Shown in pieces: positions 56,906 to 64,000 of a stretch of DNA of 64,000 nt. The stretch is from Promethearchaeota archaeon (lineage in GTDB: Archaea > Asgardarchaeota > Lokiarchaeia > Sigyniarchaeales > SOKP01). The notes under the pieces are model-generated. The model saw nothing but the letters and a program-made list of their open reading frames with translations. It was not told where the DNA came from and did not search any database. Each line of letters starts with the position of its first letter. Positions within the stretch are counted from its first letter, which is position 1. The stretch spans positions 1-64,000 of the forward strand of contig JAEOTP010000069.1 in NCBI GenBank assembly GCA_016839765.1. The letters are read 5' to 3'. The translations under genes and the position numbers were made by a program.

Positions 56906-58741
56906 TTATTTCTGCTTTTTCTTTTTGAATGGATCTTTAAATTGCATTTTATATAAATGATTATAAAGACCATTTAATTCAACTAATTCTTGATGTGACC
57001 CCTCTTCAACTATTTTCCCCTTATCTAAAACAATAATACGGTCTGAATTTATTATTGTAGATAATCTATGTGCTATAGAGATGCTTGTACGCCCTTTTAA
57101 TAAAGTTTCTAGGGCTTGTTGTATTAGAAGTTCACTGTATGGGTCGATAGATGAGGTTGCTTCATCTAGGATTAGAATAGGTGGATCACCTATTAATGCT
57201 CTTGCAAATGCAATCAATTGTCTTTGACCTTCAGATAATTTACTACCCCTTTCTCCTACGATTGTATCATAGCCTCTCTCAAGATTTACTATAAATTCAT
57301 GAGCATTTACCTTTTTAGCTGTTTCTACAATTTGATCTTCAGTGGCGTTTAAATTTCCGTATCTTATGTTTTCCATAATAGTACCAGAAAATAGAAAATT
57401 CTCTTGGAGGACAATTCCCATCTTATTTCTTAGACTTTTAAGATTTATATCCTTTAAATTAATAGTATCAACATCTATCCCTCCTTTTGTCGGATCATAA
57501 AATCGAGACAGTAATTTAACGAATGTACTCTTCCCTGCACCTGTATAACCAACTAGTGCTAATCTTTCTTTTGCTTTTACTTTTAAATTGATACTTTCTA
57601 ATACTGGAACATTTTCTTCATACGAAAAATCCACATTTTTGTATTCAATTATTCCTTTTACATTTTTTAAAACGAGAGCATCTTGTATTTCTTTTATTGA
57701 TGGTTCTTCATCTAATAAACCAATAATTCTAGCTCCAGCTGCAATTGAATTTTGTAAAAGTGTTAAAAAACTAATTAATGATAATAAAGGCTCAAAGAAC
57801 ATAAAAATATAAAAAATAAACGCTAATAAAGTGCCTTGTGAGAGTGACCCTTCTCGAATTAAAAAGCCTGCAGTAAAAAATACAACACTAATTCCTAAAG
57901 TTATGACTAATAGACTAATTCCGGGTATAAATGCGAGCAACTTTGCGGCTTTCATGGTCGTTTGTTTTTCTAGCTCTGTGGTGTTTTTAAATTCGTTATA
58001 ATTTTCCTCCTCGACAGCAAAGGATTGAATCGTTCGCATTCCCATAATAGACTCATCCAAATTGCTGGTTACGTCAGCAACTCTTTCTCTTAAATCCTTG
58101 AAGTATTTTCTAGCTTTTTTTAAAAGAATAATTCCTAATCCGAAAACTATAGGTACAATCAAGAATATTACTAGTGTTAAACCAGGACTTAATATAATCA
58201 TAAAAAGTAAAGCTCCAAGCACTAAAAAGATATTACTCAGAGAAATTAATAATCCTGATTGTATTAATTGTTGGATAGTATTTACATCACCAGTGAGATA
58301 ATTGATCTTTTTTCCTGTTGTACGGTTGGGAGTTTCGTGATAATCTAAGCCTAATTTTTGAAATTTAATAAAAAGTTCTGCTCTTAAATTGAACATTGTA
58401 ATTGTTGCTAATTTTTGTATAATATAATTTTGGGCTATCCTTATAAGAACTCCAGAAATTGTCAAAACAAAAAAAATAATCCCAAGAATAATAACTACAT
58501 CAATATTACCTTCAGTTGCACCTATTCCACCACCCAAACCATCATCCACCAATGATTTAAATACTAAGGGAGTAAACCAATTAAACGCTATATTTAAAAT
58601 GATAAATATGGTAAGAGGGAAGAACAGCTTTCTATTTTTTTTTCCAATATACCGAATGAATCTCCCTAATATTTTTAAAGTCCCTTTAATATCTCTCTTT
58701 TCCTTATGTTCTTCATTTACTTCTTTTTTTTCTCTCGACAC
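56906..58741 (-). CDS. ABC exporter, fused TMD-NBD subunit
   Basis: GYTGAGKS, LSEGQRQ, LDEATS, IAHR. Confidence 0.95.
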   Translation of the reverse strand: MSREKKEVNEEHKEKRDIKGTLKILGRFIRYIGKKNRKLFFPLTIFIILNIAFNWFTPLVFKSLVDDGLGGGIGATEGNIDVVIILGIIFFVLTISGVLIRIAQNYIIQKLATITMFNLRAELFIKFQKLGLDYHETPNRTTGKKINYLTGDVNTIQQLIQSGLLISLSNIFLVLGALLFMIILSPGLTLVIFLIVPIVFGLGIILLKKARKYFKDLRERVADVTSNLDESIMGMRTIQSFAVEEENYNEFKNTTELEKQTTMKAAKLLAFIPGISLLVITLGISVVFFTAGFLIREGSLSQGTLLAFIFYIFMFFEPLLSLISFLTLLQNSIAAGARIIGLLDEEPSIKEIQDALVLKNVKGIIEYKNVDFSYEENVPVLESINLKVKAKERLALVGYTGAGKSTFVKLLSRFYDPTKGGIDVDTINLKDINLKSLRNKMGIVLQENFLFSGTIMENIRYGNLNATEDQIVETAKKVNAHEFIVNLERGYDTIVGERGSKLSEGQRQLIAFARALIGDPPILILDEATSSIDPYSELLIQQALETLLKGRTSISIAHRLSTIINSDRIIVLDKGKIVEEGSHQELVELNGLYNHLYKMQFKDPFKKKKQK

Positions 58742-60567
58742 TATGCTCGTTCCTCGACTTTTAGTGTTAAATATAAATTTCTATAAATCCCTTCTTGACT
58801 CATTAATTCTTCATGGGTGCCTAATTGGGCAATTTCTCCGTTATTTAAGATTAATATTCTATCAGCATTTCTCACACTTGATAATCTTTGAGTAATAAGA
58901 AAGGTGGTAGAATCTTTGAAAACTTCTTTGAAATTCTTTTGGATTCTATATTCAGTATCAACATCGACACTACTAGTAGCGTCATCTAGAATCAAGATTT
59001 TGGGTTTAATAGCTAAAGCTCTAGCAATTGAAATTCTTTGCTTTTGACCCCCTGATAGAGTTGTACCTCTTTCACTTACCTTAGTTTCATACTTTTCGGG
59101 TAAATCTTCTTCAATAAATTGGTAAATGTTAGCAAATTTTGCTGCATTTTTTATGTCTTCATTCTTTATAGACTTATTACCAAACGCAATATTTTCCTTA
59201 ATTGAGCAGGAAAATAAAAATCTTTCTTGTGAGACAAAACCGATTTGTTTTCTCAGAGATTTGAAGCTAACATCCTTTATGTTAATACCATCTATAAGAA
59301 CTTCTCCCCTAGATACATCATAAAACCTAGGAATTAATTTAACCAATGCTGATTTTCCAGAGCCGGTTGCTCCTAATATTGCAATATTTTCACCCGGCTT
59401 AATTTTCAAATTTATATTTTTTAATACAAAATTTTTCTTAATTTCATTAAAATTAAAAAATACATTTCTAAATTCAACTTCTCCCTTAATGGTGGGCATT
59501 TCAAGAGCATCTTCTTTTTCTTTGACGATAATCTTTGAATTCAAAATATGAACCACTCTATCAGACGTTTCTGATATTTGGGGCATATTTCCAAAAAATC
59601 TTGAGATAAAGTACAAAGGTTCTATTGAAAAATTCAAAACCATTACAAATGCGAACAAATCTCCAAAAGTGATATCATTATTGAGGACAAATAATCCTCC
59701 AAGAAGTAATACAATAAGAAAAGCAATATTATCAATTAAACGAATTATTGGATCAAAGCTTGATTGTAGTTTTATAATGTCCATTGAATCTTTATAGTAT
59801 TTCTCATTATATTGTGAAAATTTATTAATTTCATAAGATTCTCTTCCAAAAGATTTCACAACAGTAATTCCTTGAACATTCTCTTGAATGTTGTTGGTCA
59901 AATCTGCATAAGTTTCCCTTGATTTTTTAAAGACGGGCCTAAATTTCTTTCTGAAAATAAGTAATACATAAAATAACGCAGGTGACACAATTATAACAAA
60001 GAAAGCTAATTCAATATCGATTATAAAAAGAATTGCAAAGCTAAATGAAAAAGTAAAGAGTTGTCGTATAAAAAGTTGAAGATTATTTCCCAAAAATTCC
60101 TTAAGTAAATTTACATCACTTGTTGTTCGAGACAGAAGTTCTCCGGTCTTGTGTTCATCTAACCATCCCCAAGACATCTGCTGTATTGTAGAAAAAAGGT
60201 CGTTTCTTAAATTATAAATTACACTTGCTCCCATCCATCTATTAATATAAATTCTTATTCCATTAATGATGCCAACAAGAGATTGAATAATTACTATGGT
60301 AAAAAATATAGGAAAAACATTTTCAATAAGAATACTCGGATTTACTAAGATATCCATTGCTGGTCCTAGAAATAAAGGAAATGTGAGGTATAAGATAGAT
60401 TGAACTACTCCTAAAATAGCTATAAAGATGAAGAGCTTTTTAAATTCCCAAAGATAGGATAGAATTTGCTTTACTGATGATTTATATCTATGAGTGAGAA
60501 ATCTGTTTCTACGTTCTAAGAATTCAATTTTTTTTCGCATATTGAATAATTTGAAAGTTTTAATCAC
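58741..60567 (-). CDS. ABC exporter, fused TMD-NBD subunit (degenerate-site partner)
   Basis: GATGSGKS, LSGGQKQR, LDDATS, ITQR, the heterodimeric TM287/288-type pattern. Confidence 0.95.
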   Translation of the reverse strand: MIKTFKLFNMRKKIEFLERRNRFLTHRYKSSVKQILSYLWEFKKLFIFIAILGVVQSILYLTFPLFLGPAMDILVNPSILIENVFPIFFTIVIIQSLVGIINGIRIYINRWMGASVIYNLRNDLFSTIQQMSWGWLDEHKTGELLSRTTSDVNLLKEFLGNNLQLFIRQLFTFSFSFAILFIIDIELAFFVIIVSPALFYVLLIFRKKFRPVFKKSRETYADLTNNIQENVQGITVVKSFGRESYEINKFSQYNEKYYKDSMDIIKLQSSFDPIIRLIDNIAFLIVLLLGGLFVLNNDITFGDLFAFVMVLNFSIEPLYFISRFFGNMPQISETSDRVVHILNSKIIVKEKEDALEMPTIKGEVEFRNVFFNFNEIKKNFVLKNINLKIKPGENIAILGATGSGKSALVKLIPRFYDVSRGEVLIDGINIKDVSFKSLRKQIGFVSQERFLFSCSIKENIAFGNKSIKNEDIKNAAKFANIYQFIEEDLPEKYETKVSERGTTLSGGQKQRISIARALAIKPKILILDDATSSVDVDTEYRIQKNFKEVFKDSTTFLITQRLSSVRNADRILILNNGEIAQLGTHEELMSQEGIYRNLYLTLKVEERA

Positions 60568-60649
60568 AAATTAATAATTGGTTATATTTTTAATTCCATT
60601 AAAATTAAATCCTATAAATATTCGAAGAAATTAGTTTCCTCACCAAATT

Positions 60650-61756
60650 TTGTTTTTAAAGGTGAAATCTATTCCAACGATACGAATGAAAAAATGGCTC
60701 AAATCTCTAAAAACTTTCAGTTTAAATAAATTCACCAATAGAAAAATACCATATTCCGCACAAATCGAGGTTACTCTAAGATGTAATGCGAGTTGTCCTT
60801 TTTGCTCAATTCCAGCTTTACCTAAGTCAGTAATCATTAATGAAATGAATACTAATCAAATAAAATTAATAATTGATCAAATTGCAGAGTTGGGAGTTAA
60901 TATCATATCTTTTACTGGAGGAGAACCAACTTTGAGAAAAGATTTGCCCGAACTCATCAGCTATACAGGAATCACGCATGATTCTATTGTTGGTGTTGCC
61001 ACAAATGGATATTTAATGCCGAAGTTATTCAAACAAAACGGAGGATTAGAAGGATTGGATTACCTCTTGATCTCAATCGATTATCCACAAGCAAAATTAC
61101 ATGATAAAAAAAGAGGAATTAAAGTATTTGATAAAGCTATTGAAACAATAAACATTGCAAACAAAAGAGACATAAAAGTCATAATAAATACTGTTGTAAT
61201 GAATGATAATATCCATTTACTTGAAAAAATATGTCAATTAGCAGAAACATATGATGTGTCTATAGAGTTATATCCTTGCGAGTATATTGTTCGAGAATTT
61301 CATAATAAAAAATATTTCATAGAAAATATTGAAGAGATGCTCCCAAATATCTCATTATGGGCTAATTTAATTCGCTCCTTGAGAGAAAGATATAAAAACA
61401 TATTAACCGACCCATTTAGTATTACTGTTATAGAAAAAGGAGGTTTTGGTGGATATCCAGACTATAATCAACGATTCTTACGTTGCCATGTTTCAGAAGC
61501 CTACCTGTTTGTTAGATGGGATGGTTTCATTGATTACCCATGTAAAATTCACCCCTTAATAAGTTTTAATGCATTAAAGTATCCCATATCACTAATTTAT
61601 AATTTAAAAGAAGTAAGAGACATTATGCAATGCCGGGATGACTTTAAATTCTGTAATGGATGTTATTTTGGCTGTGCTATTGTAGCTAGCTTGCCAGCTA
61701 AGTGGAAGGCTCTCTATTCTAAATATGTTCAAGGTTATTTAAATGGAAATTTATAA
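60650..61756 (+). CDS. radical SAM protein with SPASM/twitch-like C-terminus
   Basis: CNASCPFC, TGGEP, TNG, C-terminal CxxCxxxC. Confidence 0.9.
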   Translation: MFLKVKSIPTIRMKKWLKSLKTFSLNKFTNRKIPYSAQIEVTLRCNASCPFCSIPALPKSVIINEMNTNQIKLIIDQIAELGVNIISFTGGEPTLRKDLPELISYTGITHDSIVGVATNGYLMPKLFKQNGGLEGLDYLLISIDYPQAKLHDKKRGIKVFDKAIETINIANKRDIKVIINTVVMNDNIHLLEKICQLAETYDVSIELYPCEYIVREFHNKKYFIENIEEMLPNISLWANLIRSLRERYKNILTDPFSITVIEKGGFGGYPDYNQRFLRCHVSEAYLFVRWDGFIDYPCKIHPLISFNALKYPISLIYNLKEVRDIMQCRDDFKFCNGCYFGCAIVASLPAKWKALYSKYVQGYLNGNL

Positions 61757-61826
61757 TGATATAATCATTTTCTAAATGAATTTTAAATTAGAAAAATTCC
61801 TACAGATTAAAAGAAAATTTGAGAAA

Positions 61827-61862
61827 ATTTTAAAGTAAAAGAAGATTTTAAAGTAAAAGAAC
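61827..61862 (+). repeat. 18-bp tandem duplication
   Basis: ATTTTAAAGTAAAAGAAG / ATTTTAAAGTAAAAGAAC. Confidence 0.7.
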
Positions 61863-61864
61863 AT

Positions 61865-62485
61865 TTGAGTGATGGAAATTTGACTAATGTAGACATAATA
61901 CTTCAAATAATGTTTATTTCTATAGGAATGGTAGCTTTAGGATTAATTTTAAACAAATTTTTAGGAATTAATCTTCAGTCTGCCAGAGAATTAAGAGATA
62001 AAGCACAAAACATTCAAGAGCGTATGCGAACAGCCCAAGCTACAGGAAATGCTCAGGAAATGTTTGCGCTGCAGCGAGACTCCACTGCTTTAATGAAACA
62101 GATGATGAAAAAACAACTTATCCCATCATGTATTAGATGTGTTGTATTTCTTGGAATTTTTGCTTTAATAGGAGTTTTTTATATGAATTATGCTTCAGGA
62201 CTTTTACCCTTTGTGATTCCACTTCTTGGAGATGGTTGGGTTGCTGTTTATTTTTTGTTTTCTATTGGGTTTTCTCTCCTTTTATGGGGAGTAAAGAAAT
62301 TATATAGAAAGTTAACGGGTAAAGTTGATGCAAGGAGTAAGATTTCAAAGGAAATTTTAGAAGTATTATCACCTACATCTCAAGGAACAGCAAGTGGTTT
62401 TCAAATACCTGCCCCAGCACCATCAGGAAGTGAGGAAACTGAAAAACTTGATTCTTGGAAAGATCGCATTAAAAATAACTCATAA
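61865..62485 (+). CDS. EMC3/TMCO1 (DUF106, Oxa1 superfamily) membrane protein
   Basis: TM1, cytosolic coiled coil, Met-rich MKQMMKKQLIP, TM2, LPF...GWVAVYFLFS. Confidence 0.8.
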   Translation: MSDGNLTNVDIILQIMFISIGMVALGLILNKFLGINLQSARELRDKAQNIQERMRTAQATGNAQEMFALQRDSTALMKQMMKKQLIPSCIRCVVFLGIFALIGVFYMNYASGLLPFVIPLLGDGWVAVYFLFSIGFSLLLWGVKKLYRKLTGKVDARSKISKEILEVLSPTSQGTASGFQIPAPAPSGSEETEKLDSWKDRIKNNS

Positions 62486-62520
62486 TTGCGAATCATTAAA
62501 TAAACTTGAATAATTAGGTT

Positions 62521-62862
62521 ATGAAATTTTATACTCTACTATTTATTGGTATCATAATAGTATCGATAATTTTACTTATCCTAAGTTTATTTTTTGGGGT
62601 TTTTTTCCCAATTTTTCCATTTTTTATCATTTTACCTCTTTCTTGTGGGTTAAAAAGGAGATCTGAAGAAAATTCTGATGAAGTATCACAACCTTATGAA
62701 AATCCAAGTACTGTTGATATTAAATTAAGTGATGAGATAAATCAAAAAGTATCAACAAAGTGTCCAATGTGTAACAACAAAATTTCTGAAGAAAATTTAA
62801 GATTCTGTCCCTATTGTGGTTCAAAAATACAAATTCAAAAGGGTTATAAAGGTGGAAAGTAA
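62521..62862 (+). CDS. membrane-anchored zinc-ribbon protein
   Basis: N-terminal TM, CPMC...FCPYCG. Confidence 0.75.
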   Translation: MKFYTLLFIGIIIVSIILLILSLFFGVFFPIFPFFIILPLSCGLKRRSEENSDEVSQPYENPSTVDIKLSDEINQKVSTKCPMCNNKISEENLRFCPYCGSKIQIQKGYKGGK

Positions 62863-63337
62863 AAATAATTTAAGAAGACAAATGATTTTATATTTTCTTT
62901 TTGCTGCGTGTATGATCATTCTAAATTATCTTATACAGAAAACTAATCAACAATTGTTTGTGCCATTAATATGCGGAAATTTTGGATTTAATGAATTTAT
63001 TCATGCTGTTTATTGCTCAACCAACCCTTATAATATGCCTGAATTAATCGGTTCAATTCTTGCTGTAGGAATAACCTATCTTATTAAATTCTTTTTAGAT
63101 AAATATATCGTTTTTAAAAGAAGTGGTAGTAAGCTGAGGGAGACTTCAAAGGAATTTATGAAATATTTTTTCTTCGCAATATTAACTACTATTGAAAATA
63201 TTGGAATACAATTCCTTCTTACGAATTTTTTAAACACTCCATTAGAAGTAAGTTTCATTATAGCTCTTGCTATTGGTTACTTTACTAAATTTTTCTTAGA
63301 TAGGAAATATGTTTTTACACATGATTATTCATCTTAA
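62852..63337 (+). CDS. GtrA-like membrane protein
   Basis: two KFFLDKY/RKY(I)VF repeats, 4 TM. Confidence 0.8.
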   Translation: MESKNNLRRQMILYFLFAACMIILNYLIQKTNQQLFVPLICGNFGFNEFIHAVYCSTNPYNMPELIGSILAVGITYLIKFFLDKYIVFKRSGSKLRETSKEFMKYFFFAILTTIENIGIQFLLTNFLNTPLEVSFIIALAIGYFTKFFLDRKYVFTHDYSS

Positions 63338-63516
63338 TACATGTTCTAACCACTTCTTATTCTGTGTAAATTTTAGAAAAGTTGTAACTCAAAAGCTATG
63401 CTCTTTAAAAGATAATAGAATTAGCTTTAATCTACTCTATGAATTTCATAAGTAGTATTATTAAATATTTATAATGAGTAGAAAAATTTAATAGCCTAAA
63501 TATTGTTTTTTATATT

Positions 63517-64000
63517 ATGTCAGATGAACGTGAACCTCAAAAAGATGAAGATGAATCAATCACAGAGGCTCTTTCAAGTTTAGGGTGGGTTGAAGAACGG
63601 GAAGAAGGCGAAAAACCCGTTTCAGAGGAAGAAAATCTCAAGGAACAGTTAGATGAATTTATTGAACAAAATAGAAAACTTAATGATCAACTAATAAAGT
63701 TATCAGAAGAATTGGATAATAGTAAGAAGGATTATGAATTCTTATTTCAAGAAAAAGAAAAATTTCAGCAAATGGCTGAGCAAAATAATAATACTATTGA
63801 AAATCTACTTCAAACTATTGTAAAAAAGGATGACAATATCAAAGAATTAGAAACAAAAACAGAAGCACTGTCCCAATCGTCTAAAAGCGATCTAGAAATG
63901 AGTCAGATTATAGAAGATAAAGATAAAGCGACTTTAGAGCTACAAAAGCAGTCTGAAACCCAGAAACAACAAATTGAAGAATTAGAGTTTTCAAATAATG
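63517..64000 (+). CDS. long coiled-coil protein (partial, runs off window end)
   Basis: MSDEREPQKDEDESITEALSSLGW... open to window end, E/K/Q-rich heptads. Confidence 0.7.
   Translation, partial: MSDEREPQKDEDESITEALSSLGWVEEREEGEKPVSEEENLKEQLDEFIEQNRKLNDQLIKLSEELDNSKKDYEFLFQEKEKFQQMAEQNNNTIENLLQTIVKKDDNIKELETKTEALSQSSKSDLEMSQIIEDKDKATLELQKQSETQKQQIEELEFSNN

Noticed and set aside
832-63258. Numerous short antisense ORFs in the track (e.g. 832-1188, 2589-2972, 12087-12392, 43081-43467, 45962-46291, 49332-49739)
   Set aside because: They are shadows of well-supported genes on the opposite strand.
1-64000. tRNA, rRNA, CRISPR arrays, intact transposases or integrases
   Set aside because: No GC-rich structured RNA blocks, repeat-spacer arrays or transposase/integrase motifs were seen by eye. 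A tRNAscan/Infernal run would be needed to exclude small RNAs.

Overview
AT-rich archaeal chromosomal segment, almost certainly from an Asgard archaeon of the Lokiarchaeia type. The evidence is archaeal informational genes (rpo7/rpoE1, spt4, rpo10/rpoN, eS24, eS31, eS28, eL8/L7Ae, eL24, eS6, kae1, bud32, TFB, archaeal-type ProRS, fae-hps) together with eukaryotic-signature proteins (two roadblock/LC7 proteins, a Rab-like GTPase, longin-like and gelsolin-like proteins) and many peptidases and lipid enzymes. The top finding is that the ribosomal protein eS31 (S27ae) gene at 14685-14934 is split by a 31-nt insertion (14793-14823). The insertion folds into a bulge-helix-bulge (BHB) motif, and cutting at the canonical tRNA-splicing-endonuclease positions exactly restores the frame and the second CxxC zinc knuckle. 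This is a candidate EndA-spliced mRNA intron in an Asgard ribosomal-protein gene. The second finding is that three transcription-machinery genes (rpo7, spt4, rpo10) lack an ATG/GTG/TTG at their expected N-terminus and appear to start at ATT behind Shine-Dalgarno motifs in the same register. Other notable items are tandem PlsY-lipid-kinase fusions near a glycerol-3-phosphate dehydrogenase-like operon, a TrmB-like regulator with a ~500-aa helical insertion, a surface protein/membrane regulator paralog pair, a LAGLIDADG relic and a 9-bp repeat operator. I saw no rRNA, tRNA, CRISPR array or intact mobile element. All assignments come from reading motifs by eye; no database search was run.
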